DNA of 64,000 bases from Parcubacteria bacterium C7867-005 (GTDB lineage: Bacteria > Patescibacteriota > Minisyncoccia > Phycocordibacterales > Zambryskibacteraceae), in NCBI GenBank assembly GCA_001189165.1, contig LFCO01000001.1:221592-285591 (forward strand). Reading direction: 5' to 3'. The stretch's first letter is position 1. Each line of letters opens with the position of its first letter. The notes under the pieces were generated by a model. The model searched no databases. It saw nothing but the letters and a program-made list of their open reading frames with translations, and was not told the origin of the DNA. Positions 1 to 10,200 of the stretch are shown piece after piece. The position numbers and the translations under genes were made by a program.

Positions 1-2707
1 TTGGATTTGCGAGAGCTAATATTTTATAAAATACTAATTGTCTAAAATAATCACCGTTTGAGTTTTTGGTTTCTCCTTTTATCTCATTTACTGACATGGC
101 CTGCTTACTCTTATAATCAAAAACTGATAGCGTGTCCCCCTTATCGATAATCACGTCAAGCTTCCCATGAATTGGTATGTATAAACCCTCTTCTACGGCA
201 TTTGCCTTGTGGCTTGCTTCTAACCATTTTTCTGTATAAACCGTGCCACTTGACTTCAGATGTGCGCCAAGCTCTCTGGCGACGATTGGTGCGTCCTCGT
301 TTATATCTTGTTTAACCAAATCCTTATCCTCGCTTGATAAAAAGGTGTCATCTACGCTCCTTATTCCCATCTCTGTTATTATTTTCTCTATCTCCAGATT
401 ATCCAAAACAGATCTGTTCTCCTTGGTCCATATATGCGAAAGTGCCTCATGCATAGCTGTCCCTCTGGTAGAGCTAATGCTCGGTGCTTGTGGCATCTTG
501 AGGATACTTTCATAGATAAATTTATTTGGGCACTCGAGGTAATGATTTAGAGCGGTAACAGAGAGTCCGTTCTTCATCAAAAGATCTTTGGCCAAGGCTA
601 AAACCTTAGAATCATAATTACTTTGATTATTCTGTTTAACCTCTGGGTTAATGTTGATTTGCATTCTGGGAATACTTACGGAGGTCGCTCCAGACTCTAT
701 CTCCGCGACAAACCGAAGCGGCGTGAGTGCTTTGCCATCAGATTCTTCAAGTGGAGTTAGAACGATCACGTGCTTTTTGGCTCTAGTAAGTCCAACATAG
801 AAAAGTCTCCTGGTGTCTTTGATATCACCACCCAAGACATCTTTGGTAGGGAGAATAAACGAACTACCATGATTTCTACCTACCCACGCTTCCTCTGTCG
901 CAAAAGGTATGAATACATAATCGAACTCGAGCCCCTTTGATCCATGGGCCGTCAGTGCCTTGATACGGAGATCTGGTGCCCCCACACTGACCTTCACCGC
1001 CTTTTCTTTGGCAGACTCTCTGTAGGCAAGCATTGATCCAAGGAGTTCGTGTGGATTTTCTATTTCTGCCTCACGGGTCAATGATTCAGCCAGAGAAACT
1101 ATACCTCTCCAGACATAAACATATGATGGATCTTTAGAAACCAGACCCGCAAAACCACTGATTTGAGCAAGCTTAATGATAAATTCTATTGGTCCACAAG
1201 ATATTAGGTTAGACCGTATTTCTTTAAGAGCCGGTTCTATGGTTTGTAGTTCATTAAATTTTCCCGCTTTAAGTGCCCTGGATAAATTGATGCTTTGGTC
1301 AAAGCGGAGGTTCCACATGTCTGTCGTCAGGGTTCGAGCCAAGTACTCATACCTATCATTTTCATTTACAAAAGTGATCAGATCAAAAAACATGACCCCG
1401 ATTGGGTGGTGGAAGATATCGACACTCCTTTCTGACGACACTGGTATGGTATTGAATTCTAAAAGCTTTATCACTCTTTCTAAGTCTTTGTTTCTTTTAG
1501 TGATAATCGCAATACTTGCATCTGGTTCATCGGTTGAAATCCTCTTAAGTTCTTCGACTAAATAATTCTCCATGGTCCGAACATCTTCAACACTAACAAG
1601 TTCTATAGGTCTTTCGCTTTCTGAATTTTGAGATAACAATTTTATGCGCAAATCATCATGTTCTCCTTCTATATAGTTTTTTTCTATCACTGAAAAACTT
1701 GAATCAAGAATGCTTTGATGTGAACGATAATTAGCTTCAAGTGAAATAAGCTTCATCTCTGACCAACGTTTACGGAGAAGCAGGAAGTTTTCTACTGAAG
1801 CTCCTTGAAATCTGTAGATAGCTTGTTTTTCGTCTCCAACTATAAAAACATTTGGTGTCTCAAAAAACTCTGCGAGCAAGGAAATAATATAGTTCTGGGC
1901 ATCGTTGGTATCTTGGTGTTCGTCAACCAAGATATATAAGAATCTTTCTTGTAGAAGTCTAAGAAACAACTCATCGTTTTTGAGAGTTACCAATAAATTG
2001 ATGATCAGATCATCAAAATCTAACTTCTTGCTTTTCTTCTTCCCCTCCTCATATCTTTCATAGATATCCGCAAAAATAAGAGTTTTTTTACATTTCTCTA
2101 TTTTCTCCTCTGCATCCGCCTTAAGCTTTCCCTTAGATTTGCCACGAGTGGAGATGGAGTCCTCGTCTTTAGTAATACGATCTATTTCTTTATCAGCATG
2201 CTGTCTGACGTTTTCTGGAGTTATTGCATCTCGTTTACAATTACTAATACTACTTATGATCCCAGATAGGTATGCGTCTGGTTTACCGCTCGGTCTCAGA
2301 TCCTTAAACTTCTGATCTTCTAAAATATCTCTTACTAACATTTCTTTATCGACATCGGTCATCTGCTTCATACCATTTGTCTCGATAAAATGGTCTTGGT
2401 ATTCATTCATCATCGCTTTGGCAAAGCTGTGGAAGGTATGCATTTCTACCTCGTGCGCTCTGGTACCTATTAAGCCCCGGAGTTTTCCTCTCATAGCTTT
2501 CACTCCGGCATCTGTATAGGTTATGGCCAAAATGCCACTTGGTGGTGTATCTGTCTGTTTAAGAATGTTGGCTATACGTAAAGTCAAAACAGTTGTTTTG
2601 CCAGTACCTGGGCCGGCTACAACCATCACTGGGCCGTCTATGGTGTCTACAGCCTCCTTTTGACTCTTGTTTAAGCTCTTATATGCTTTATTAAAAATAT
2701 CATCCAT
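1..2707 (-). CDS. UvrD/PcrA-family SF1 helicase fused to C-terminal PD-(D/E)XK nuclease (3' end runs off window)
   Basis: Not in the ORF track (no stop in window). Manual translation from ATG 2707 gives MDDIFNKAYKSLNKSQKEAVDTIDGPVMVVAGPGTGKTT (Walker A), LVDEHQDTN (motif II), VGDEKQAIYRFQGA, NYRS, LTAHGSKGLEFD, RRLFYVGLTRAK, then LSVTALNHYLECP and HGKLDVI..FDYK nuclease motifs. Confidence 0.92.
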   Translation of the reverse strand, partial: MDDIFNKAYKSLNKSQKEAVDTIDGPVMVVAGPGTGKTTVLTLRIANILKQTDTPPSGILAITYTDAGVKAMRGKLRGLIGTRAHEVEMHTFHSFAKAMMNEYQDHFIETNGMKQMTDVDKEMLVRDILEDQKFKDLRPSGKPDAYLSGIISSISNCKRDAITPENVRQHADKEIDRITKDEDSISTRGKSKGKLKADAEEKIEKCKKTLIFADIYERYEEGKKKSKKLDFDDLIINLLVTLKNDELFLRLLQERFLYILVDEHQDTNDAQNYIISLLAEFFETPNVFIVGDEKQAIYRFQGASVENFLLLRKRWSEMKLISLEANYRSHQSILDSSFSVIEKNYIEGEHDDLRIKLLSQNSESERPIELVSVEDVRTMENYLVEELKRISTDEPDASIAIITKRNKDLERVIKLLEFNTIPVSSERSVDIFHHPIGVMFFDLITFVNENDRYEYLARTLTTDMWNLRFDQSINLSRALKAGKFNELQTIEPALKEIRSNLISCGPIEFIIKLAQISGFAGLVSKDPSYVYVWRGIVSLAESLTREAEIENPHELLGSMLAYRESAKEKAVKVSVGAPDLRIKALTAHGSKGLEFDYVFIPFATEEAWVGRNHGSSFILPTKDVLGGDIKDTRRLFYVGLTRAKKHVIVLTPLEESDGKALTPLRFVAEIESGATSVSIPRMQININPEVKQNNQSNYDSKVLALAKDLLMKNGLSVTALNHYLECPNKFIYESILKMPQAPSISSTRGTAMHEALSHIWTKENRSVLDNLEIEKIITEMGIRSVDDTFLSSEDKDLVKQDINEDAPIVARELGAHLKSSGTVYTEKWLEASHKANAVEEGLYIPIHGKLDVIIDKGDTLSVFDYKSKQAMSVNEIKGETKNSNGDYFRQLVFYKILALANP

Positions 2708-2739
2708 TTGAGGCTATTTTAGCACAGTTAATTTCATAC

Positions 2740-2768
2740 TTGACTTTTATCCCATTTGGTGCTATTAT
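2740..2768 (+). promoter_or_regulatory. sigma70-type promoter of GC-rich orphan gene 1
   Basis: TTGACT-17 nt-TATTAT with TG extended -10; AAGGAG SD 7 nt before ATG 2798. Confidence 0.65.
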
Positions 2769-2797
2769 TAACGCAGACCATTCAAAGGAGACGTGTA

Positions 2798-3037
2798 ATG
2801 CGTATCAGCCCGACACTCAGAGTGATCAGGGACGCGTTCGTGTTCTACAAGGGATCCCTGCTCGTAGCCATGCTCGCAGCACCACTCTACCTTCTTGGTG
2901 GGATGTGCTTCGTCCGAGGCATCAAGCTCCTCGTCGAACCGATCTCGTACATGCCCGGCGCAGGAGCCATGCTCATCGCTGTCGGCGCAGTCATCTCGTT
3001 CTCCACCGCGCTCGGACATGTGTCCCTCCGCAAGTAG
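2798..3037 (+). CDS. GC-rich orphan small membrane protein (79 aa, two predicted TM segments)
   Basis: ORF 2756..3037 re-started at ATG 2798 behind AAGGAG; two hydrophobic stretches (LLVAMLAAPLYLLGGMCFV; AMLIAVGAVISFSTAL); C/G-ending codons. Confidence 0.6.
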   Translation: MRISPTLRVIRDAFVFYKGSLLVAMLAAPLYLLGGMCFVRGIKLLVEPISYMPGAGAMLIAVGAVISFSTALGHVSLRK

Positions 3038-3050
3038 CACCCTCACCCCC

Positions 3051-3072
3051 CCCCGCACATCCGTGCGGGGTT
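3051..3072 (+). terminator. GC hairpin after orphan gene 1 (weak U-tract)
   Basis: CCCCGCAC-ATCC-GTGCGGGG-TT, 13 nt after the stop. Confidence 0.4.
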
Positions 3073-3136
3073 CAACGTATAGTAGACCGCAATGCGCCAC
3101 CTACCACCTACCCATCAACCTCTCCCCACCCTCTCT

Positions 3137-3165
3137 CCCGTGTCAACCTGGCAGGTTGACACGGG
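3137..3165. repeat. 29-bp perfect palindrome (copy 1)
   Basis: CCCGTGTCAACCTG-G-CAGGTTGACACGGG read directly. Confidence 0.9.
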
Positions 3166-3177
3166 GGTATCTTTTAT

Positions 3178-3206
3178 TTGACAGATAAGCAGTTTTATAT
3201 TATGGT
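3178..3206 (+). promoter_or_regulatory. Candidate sigma70 promoter of orphan gene 2
   Basis: TTGACA-17 nt-TATGGT in an AT-rich patch. Confidence 0.5.
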
Positions 3207-3218
3207 AATAACAGAAAT

Positions 3219-3282
3219 TGGATTCTTGAGTTAGGCGCTTTGGCTGCATTTGTGTTGTTAAGGCGCTTAACTCACAGGATCC
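3219..3282 (+). other. Long G-U-rich RNA hairpin in the 5' leader of orphan gene 2
   Basis: GGATTCT-TGAGTTAGGCGCTTTGGC pairs with GTTAAGGCGCTTAACTCA-CAGGATCC using several G-U pairs, which favours folding on the + strand. Confidence 0.55.
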
Positions 3283-3347
3283 GATGGGGTCGCTGGTGAG
3301 TGTAAGCCCGCGAGCCCACGGGATGGGCGGTCCACAGGAGATACACC

Positions 3348-3716
3348 ATGTCCCCGCTCCCGCAGAACAACAGGTTCCTGAAGCTCACCCCAGAGAAGGC
3401 AGAGAGGGTGGCAGAGAACCTCCGCAAGAAGATCCAAGACAACCTCTGGCACCTCTCGGTTCCTGGGGATGGGGAGAATGAATACATTTCCAGGAAGCTC
3501 AACCAGCTCCAGGACATTCTCCGCCAGTTCCAGGAATTTGGTCACGAGGTGATCATCCTCGACGAGAGGGACTTCCCCGAACTCGCTGAGGCGATCGGGG
3601 TGCTCAAGCGCGGAGGTCTCAAGGATGAGATCCTCGACATCCTCTTCAGCCTCCTCGTGAAGTGCAAGGTTCCGAAGTTCGACGTTCTGAAGGAGAACAT
3701 TCTGAAGAACGCGTAA
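3348..3716 (+). CDS. GC-rich orphan protein (122 aa, predicted helical, soluble)
   Basis: CAGGAG SD 7 nt before ATG; strong C/G third-position bias; intrinsic terminator follows. Confidence 0.7.
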   Translation: MSPLPQNNRFLKLTPEKAERVAENLRKKIQDNLWHLSVPGDGENEYISRKLNQLQDILRQFQEFGHEVIILDERDFPELAEAIGVLKRGGLKDEILDILFSLLVKCKVPKFDVLKENILKNA

Positions 3717-3731
3717 CCCGGCGAGCCCACG

Positions 3732-3768
3732 GAAGAGCCCACAGCTCCCTGTGGGCTCTTCTTATTTA
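3732..3768 (+). terminator. Intrinsic terminator of orphan gene 2
   Basis: GAAGAGCCCACAG-CTCC-CTGTGGGCTCTTC followed by TTATTTA. Confidence 0.75.
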
Positions 3769-3793
3769 TATATAGCACCTGAGCTCTTCCCCT

Positions 3794-3826
3794 CCCCCGT
3801 GTCAACCTGCCAGGTTGACACGGGGG
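3794..3826. repeat. 33-bp perfect palindrome (copy 2, central base inverted relative to copy 1)
   Basis: CCCCCGTGTCAACCTG-C-CAGGTTGACACGGGGG read directly. Confidence 0.9.
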
Positions 3827-3851
3827 CTAACATGGAAGGGTTGATGCAAGG

Positions 3852-4409
3852 CTAACTTGATCTTCTTAACATTAACTCAGGTTTCCCGGCGTTTTGCTCT
3901 GGTCCAAATTCTATCTTTAAACTTTTAAGAAGAGATCTTATTTCCTCCTTTGTGCTTGCAACCTCGTCATCTCCAACTTTTCCTATTTTTTCCACCTCCA
4001 TAAATAAACCGAGATTTTTTACATCTTCAAGAACAATTTCGTACTCCGGTGTTGTGTAGATATACTTTTCATTATCAATCCGTACTAATTCTTTTAATCC
4101 AAAATTTTCTACTATCTTGATTGCTGTTTCCAAATCCTCAATTTCTGTCTCATACTCATCTGAATGTGACCACTCTTCCAAAATAAAATGATCAATTTTA
4201 TATGCCATGGAGCATTTCTCACCTTTCTGTCTGATGCGGAAAGACGCAGATAGCCTGTTTTCTTCGTCTGGTTGCAGATTCTTCCTTAGAGGATCATAGA
4301 AATAAACATCTAAAGTTTTCTTTACTCCAAGCGAGTCAAAACCCCCTAAAGCTCTTAGTGCTGTCTCTTTATCACTCTTAACTTCTATGAGAATTTCGAT
4401 TTCCTTCAT
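3852..4409 (-). CDS. CYTH-domain protein (class IV adenylate cyclase / triphosphate tunnel metalloenzyme family)
   Basis: N-terminal EIE motif, DVYF, FRIR, EYETEI, EDVKNLGLFMEVE. Confidence 0.85.
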   Translation of the reverse strand: MKEIEILIEVKSDKETALRALGGFDSLGVKKTLDVYFYDPLRKNLQPDEENRLSASFRIRQKGEKCSMAYKIDHFILEEWSHSDEYETEIEDLETAIKIVENFGLKELVRIDNEKYIYTTPEYEIVLEDVKNLGLFMEVEKIGKVGDDEVASTKEEIRSLLKSLKIEFGPEQNAGKPELMLRRSS

Positions 4410-4410
4410 T

Positions 4411-5664
4411 TTAATACCCCCTTAGTCTGTTTATCTTTTCGTGCTGGCGGATTTTTTCGTGGGCCTTGGCTTCGATCTGACGAATGCGTTCACGAGTGAC
4501 ACCGAATACCTTACCTACCTCTTCTAAAGTATGTGTATAGCCGTCGGTCAATCCGTGGCGCATTTCCAAAATCTTTCTTTCTTTTGGAGGAAGGTCGGAT
4601 AAAATCTCTTTGACTTGATCTTGGATAATCCTACGAGAAGATTCTTGATCTGGTGATAGGATTTTGTCATCGGCTAAGAAGTCTCCTAGTTTGGATTTAC
4701 CATCGTCACCATCATCACCAACCGGACTCTCGAGTGACACCGTGGACTGGTCGATCTTCTCAATCTGATAGATTTTATCTACATCGAGATTCATTTCCAT
4801 AGCTATCTCTTCCTGTAATGGTTCCCTACCCAAGTCCTGGGTTAATCGACGAACGACCTGTTTATACTTGGCAATAGTTTCAACCATGTGTACGGGCACA
4901 CGGATAGTACGAGACTGATCAGCAAGGGCGCGGGTGATGGCTTGGCGGATCCACCATGTAGCGTAGGTAGAGAATTTAAATCCTTTTGACCAGTCGAACT
5001 TATCTACAGCCTTAAATAGACCCAAGTTTCCTTCCTGAATCAGGTCAAGGAGAGTGAGGTCCGGTGAACGGTTAGCATACTTCTTGGCTATAGACACAAC
5101 CAAGCGTAGGTTCGCCTTTGCTAATAGGTTTTTAGCTTCCTCATCTCCTGCTTCGATCCTCTTGGCCAAATCCTTTTCCATACTTCCAGAAATGAGTGGG
5201 TACTGACCTATCTCCTTTAGATACATCTGTATAGAATCGTACGCGGAGTCTGATTTATTATAAGAATATTTTTTACCAGTTTCTTCTACTGGCATCTCGA
5301 GCAAACCTCCACTTTCCAGGATGTCTATACCTGATGTGTGTAGTTTTTCATACAACTCATCCAAGAAAATAATGTTCTCTTCGATAGTTGGAAACTCTTT
5401 TAGAATCTCATCATAAGTGACGAAACCCTTTTCTTTGCCTCGACTAATAAGTCGATTCATCCTTGTGTTGTCCTCTTGAGCCTTTTTTGATATCGGCCCT
5501 TTCTTTAGCTTGGCCTCTTTCTTTGGTTTTAAAATTTTAACCTTTGAAGTTTTTTTAACAGATTTTTTGACACCCTTAACCTTTTTTGCCACCTTCTTCA
5601 CCTTGACCACCTTTTTGGAGCTGGCCTGTTTGCGGCTATTCTTCTGTTTTTTATTTTTTGACAT
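4411..5664 (-). CDS. rpoD: Primary RNA polymerase sigma factor with Lys-rich N-terminal extension
   Basis: Region 1.2 [11 protein letters not shown], region 2 [40 protein letters not shown], region 4 [20 protein letters not shown]. Confidence 0.97.
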   Translation of the reverse strand: MSKNKKQKNSRKQASSKKVVKVKKVAKKVKGVKKSVKKTSKVKILKPKKEAKLKKGPISKKAQEDNTRMNRLISRGKEKGFVTYDEILKEFPTIEENIIFLDELYEKLHTSGIDILESGGLLEMPVEETGKKYSYNKSDSAYDSIQMYLKEIGQYPLISGSMEKDLAKRIEAGDEEAKNLLAKANLRLVVSIAKKYANRSPDLTLLDLIQEGNLGLFKAVDKFDWSKGFKFSTYATWWIRQAITRALADQSRTIRVPVHMVETIAKYKQVVRRLTQDLGREPLQEEIAMEMNLDVDKIYQIEKIDQSTVSLESPVGDDGDDGKSKLGDFLADDKILSPDQESSRRIIQDQVKEILSDLPPKERKILEMRHGLTDGYTHTLEEVGKVFGVTRERIRQIEAKAHEKIRQHEKINRLRGY

Positions 5665-5676
5665 TCGTTGGTTATA

Positions 5677-7296
5677 TTACATTATTTTACGTTTCTCTTC
5701 ATCTACCTTACGATCTAGGTCGTGCAACTCTTTGGCTACACTTTCATCCTTATCATTGGCCTGAAGTTTAGCTTGGAGAAGAGACCTTTCTTCCTCAAAA
5801 TTTGCAAGGTTCAACCTGATCTTTAGCTCACTTTCTTCTTTTTGTATAACTTTGCTATTCTCATATTCTTCTGGGAACTCTTTCTTTAGGGATTCGATCT
5901 CTGCTAATCGCTTTTCAATATTTGCTCGTTTAGATGGCGGGGACGAATCCTCACTCACTTCTATTAAATTATCATTTTCTTCATTTGCTAATTCCTGTCT
6001 TAGCAAATCGGGTGCTTTTGTTTTTCTCAAATCCTCCCAGATAACTTCTTCTTTTATACCTGTATGTTTGGATATAATAGAAACAAAATGCGACCGTTCT
6101 ATAGAACTACTGAGAAGTACTAAGAGGGGTAGGAGCTTTTTCTCTATGACTTTGCCGATTTTTCTTTTGTCGGTTTCTTTGAGTAGGATTTGGGATAAAG
6201 TATGTTCGATAGCATGTTTGGCCTCTCTCAGAATATCTTTTAATTTATCTGGTGCCTCACATGCCAGGTCTGCTGGGTCCTGACCTTCGGGAAATTTAGC
6301 GACCTTTACCTCCATACCGAGCGAGAGGCCTAAAAGACTGCTCTTTTCGGCTGCTTTATCACCGGCCGTGTCACCATCAAAAGCCAAGAGTATTCTGCCT
6401 GAAAGCCTTTTCAAACGATCTAAGTGAGCGAGTGTAAACGCTGTACCGGATGATGCCACCGTATTCTTTATCCCCGCCTGATGTGAAAGTACCAGATCCA
6501 TCTGACCTTCGACTAGGATCGCAAAATTCTTCTTGCGTATATCGTCTTTAGCCTTATCTAAACCATAAAGCACTTCACCCTTAGAAAAGAGTAGTGTCTC
6601 TGGAGTGTTCAAGTACTTTGGTTGTAGATCTGAAGCGAGAGCTCTACCAGAAAAAGCTATGATGTGACCACTCGAATCTCCTATGGGGAAGATAATGCGA
6701 CCACGAAACACGTCGTACGGTTCTTTTTCTTTCTCCCCTTCTTTGATACTTTCTTCTTTTTGTTTGATCAAGCCAACCTTGAGCAAAGTATCTTTGCTGT
6801 GACCGAGTGAGGTGAGATAGACATACAGCAACCTCCATTCATCTGGAGCATAACCCAATCTCCATTCTTTAATTGATTCGTCGTTTATACCTCTGGATTT
6901 TAGATATTCATGAGCATCTTTGTTTTCCTTTAGATTGTTCTCAAAAAAGGTTGCTGCATCATCAAGCGCCTTGAAGAATTTATCTTTCTCTGTCTTGGAT
7001 TCACCGCTTTTTTGGTACTCGATCTCTACACCAGCTTTATCAGCAAGCATTTTGAGAGCTCCCTTAAAATCCACACCTTCCAGCTCTTGGACAAAAGAGA
7101 ATATGTCACCCTTCGCCCCGCAGCCAAAGCAATAGTAACCCTGTCTGGATTGAGACACAGAAAAAGATGCTGTTTTCTCGTTATGGAACGGGCATTTACC
7201 CTTGTAGTTTTGGCCCGCCTTATCGAGTTTTAGGTAAGAACTTATTACTTCGACTATATCTAGTCGTTCTTTGATGGAGTCGACTGTTCCTCGCAT
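5677..7296 (-). CDS. dnaG: DNA primase
   Basis: CHC2 zinc finger CPFHNEKTASF..YCFGC, FRGRIIFPI, PKYLNTPET, TOPRIM VEGQMD and FDGDTAG. Confidence 0.97.
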   Translation of the reverse strand: MRGTVDSIKERLDIVEVISSYLKLDKAGQNYKGKCPFHNEKTASFSVSQSRQGYYCFGCGAKGDIFSFVQELEGVDFKGALKMLADKAGVEIEYQKSGESKTEKDKFFKALDDAATFFENNLKENKDAHEYLKSRGINDESIKEWRLGYAPDEWRLLYVYLTSLGHSKDTLLKVGLIKQKEESIKEGEKEKEPYDVFRGRIIFPIGDSSGHIIAFSGRALASDLQPKYLNTPETLLFSKGEVLYGLDKAKDDIRKKNFAILVEGQMDLVLSHQAGIKNTVASSGTAFTLAHLDRLKRLSGRILLAFDGDTAGDKAAEKSSLLGLSLGMEVKVAKFPEGQDPADLACEAPDKLKDILREAKHAIEHTLSQILLKETDKRKIGKVIEKKLLPLLVLLSSSIERSHFVSIISKHTGIKEEVIWEDLRKTKAPDLLRQELANEENDNLIEVSEDSSPPSKRANIEKRLAEIESLKKEFPEEYENSKVIQKEESELKIRLNLANFEEERSLLQAKLQANDKDESVAKELHDLDRKVDEEKRKIM

Positions 7297-10200
7297 ATAA
7301 GTTTTTCTTTGTACCCACCCTTAAAGCCGGTACCTGCTGGGATCATACGACCGATAATAACATTTTCTTTCAAACCGATGAGTTCATCTTCAGCTCCACG
7401 AATAGCTGCCTGGATGAGGACTCGTGGCGTGTGTTGGAAGGAAGCAGCTGAAAGGAAGCTTGAGCGAGAGAGCGAAACTTCTGAGATACCCATGATAACT
7501 GAATCACCCTTGGACTCCTCTGTGCCCGCAGTCTTCATAGACTCGTTGGATTCCATATAATCTGAGACTTCAACAACATCTCCTCTGGTAAATTGAGTAC
7601 CACCAGACTGTCTAATCTTTCTTCTTGAGAACATTTGTCTGACGATCAATTCAATATGCTTGTGAGAAACTGCTGCACCCTGAAGTTCATAGAGTTTCGA
7701 AACTTCATGGATAATGTAGTTCTCTGTTTTTTCTTTCCCTGCATAACGGAATAGTTCGTCTAGGTCTGCTGAACCATCGGTCAAGAATTCCCCTTTCTTC
7801 ACTTCTGAACCAACTTTAACGATGAGGGTTCTAGTAGGACCAACCAAGTATTCATTATCAAGTTTCTTGGCTTTTGCTGTTTTGGCTTCACCGATATCAG
7901 GAGTGATGATAATTGTCCTCTCGTTACCCACCACTTGTATCTCTGTGACAGTACCATCAACATGCGATATTGAAGCTGGATTTTTTGGTTTTCTCTTCTC
8001 GAATATTTCTTCAACACGAGGGAGTCCTGCAGTGATGTCTCCAGCAACAGAGGCAACTCCTCCTGAGTGGAACGTACGCATAGTAAGCTGTGTACCTGGT
8101 TCACCGATAGCCTGAGCAGCAATAGTACCAACTGCTTCACCGAGCTCTACTACTTTGTTTGTACCGAGATCTGCACCGTAGCATTTGACACAGACACCGT
8201 GTAGAGACTTACAAGTCATAGGAGACCTTACATCCACAGCTTCTACCATCGCTTTGTCTATAATCTCTGCATCTTTTTTATGTATGAAGTGACCCTTCTT
8301 AAAGAGTACTGATCCCTTGCCGTCGATCACATCATTTGCCAAGAACCTGCCCTTCAATGTTTTGGAAAGAGGAATCTCTATACCCGAAGCAGTTTTCTTA
8401 CTGATAGTGGTAAATTCTTTAGTACCACAATCTTCCTCAGAAACAATCTCGTCCTGAGCCACATCGAAGAGTCTACGAGTTAGATATCCTGCTTTTGCCG
8501 TGTTTAGGGCGGTGTCGGTCAAACCCTTTCTTGATCCGTGGGTGGTGATAAAGTATTCGAGCGGAGTTAGGCCTTCTTTGTAACAAGACAGAATTGGGAA
8601 CTCTAGAGCATCTCCAGAAACATTCTGGATAATACCTTTCATACCCGCCATCTGGTTTAAGTTACCAAGGGATCCACGGGCCTTCGAGTAGGTCATGTCG
8701 TAAACAGAGTCTTTTGGACCAAGAGTAGCGGGGATAAGTGCCTCGACCTCTCCTTTGATTGACTGCCAGATCTCAACAGATTTCTGAACGCGTTCATTTT
8801 CTGAGAGAAGACCGTCATTGTACTGGTCGATAACTTTTCTAACTTTGTCCCTACCTTTGTCGATAATGCCTTGCTTGGCCTCAGGGATCTTTACATCATC
8901 TATACCCCAAGTGACTCCAGAATGTGTGGCATATTTGAAACCGAATTCCTTGATTCTGTCGATGATCGCAGGGATATTGGCTATGCCGTATCTCTCTATT
9001 AAATCATCAACCAGGTCAACCATTTTTCTTGAATCTACTTCGTAGTTCATGAATGCATAGTCTGATGGAAGGACACTGTTAAAGAGTAGTCGTCCGACGG
9101 TTGTCTCAAATATCTTGCCGTCAAAAGCTTTGTACTTCTCTGAATCTGTTGGGAGAATGTGAACTTTCGCTCGATAGCTTACTGCACCAAAATCATGTGC
9201 GGTGATAGCTGCATTTGGACTTGAGAAATACTTATCTTCTCCCTTTTCCCCAGGAATCATTCTGGTCATCCAGAACGAACCGAGAACGATGTCGAGCATT
9301 TTGGCTGAAACAACAGGCTCTCCGTTTCCAGGTTTCAAGATATTTTTATCCGCTGCCATGATCAGACGAGCTTCTGCTTGTGCCTCATCAGACAGAGGGA
9401 CGTGAACTGCCATCTGGTCTCCGTCGAAGTCTGCGTTAAAGGCAGTACATACAAGTGGGTGGAGCTGGATAGCGTTGCCCTCGATAAGCACAGGTTGGAA
9501 TGCCTGGATACCGAGACGATGCAGGGTAGGAGCACGGTTAAGGAGAACGTATTTACCACGAATTATTTCTTCGAGTATCGCCCAGACTTCAGGAATTGCA
9601 TCTTCTATTAATCTACGTGCACCTGGGATATTGAAAGCAAGTTCCCTCTTTAGAAGTTCGGAAATAATAAATGGCTTAAAGAGTTCGAGGGCCATGTGCT
9701 TTGGCAAACCACACTGGTGAAGCTTGAGTTCTGGACCGACGACGATAACTGAGCGACCAGAATAGTCAACACGCTTACCAAGCAGGTTTTGTCTGAACAA
9801 ACCACGCTTTCCTTTTAGGTTGTCTGAGAGTGACTTGAGTGGGCGTCTCTGTGACTGATTTCCTGCGGCTGTGCCGTGTCTGATGGTGTTGTCTATAAGT
9901 GCATCGACAGCTTCTTGCAGGATTCTCTTTTCATTTCTGAGAATAACATCAGGGGCACTGATATCCATGAGCTTCTTCAGGCGGTTATTTCTATTTATCA
10001 CTCGACGATAGAGGTCGTTCACATCGGATGTAGCGTATCTTCCTCCATCCAAAGGAACCATGGGACGAATCGCTGGTGGAATAACTGGGATACGGGAAAG
10101 GAACATCCATTCTGGACGGATACCTGCGCGCATCATCCACTGGATCGTGCTAGATCTCTTGTGAAGCCTTGCGAGTTCTGTAGAAGGTGCTTTCTCTAAC

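Noticed and set aside
243-1565. Plus-strand ORFs 243..515 and 1176..1565
   Set aside because: Antisense to the UvrD-nuclease gene, which the ORF track missed because it has no stop in the window.
2740-3805. Multiple overlapping alternative ORFs in the GC-rich patch (e.g. 2740..3159, 2768..3100, 3267..3545)
   Set aside because: High GC suppresses stop codons; only 2798..3037 and 3348..3716 have SD, promoter and codon-bias support.
3137-3826. CRISPR array or integron interpretation of the twin palindromes
   Set aside because: Only two copies about 630 bp apart, no spacer periodicity, no cas or intI gene, and no clear attC-type extrahelical bases.
5807-5817. AGGTTCAACCT mini-palindrome inside dnaG resembling the core of the larger palindromes
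   Set aside because: A single 11-bp occurrence within coding sequence is compatible with chance.
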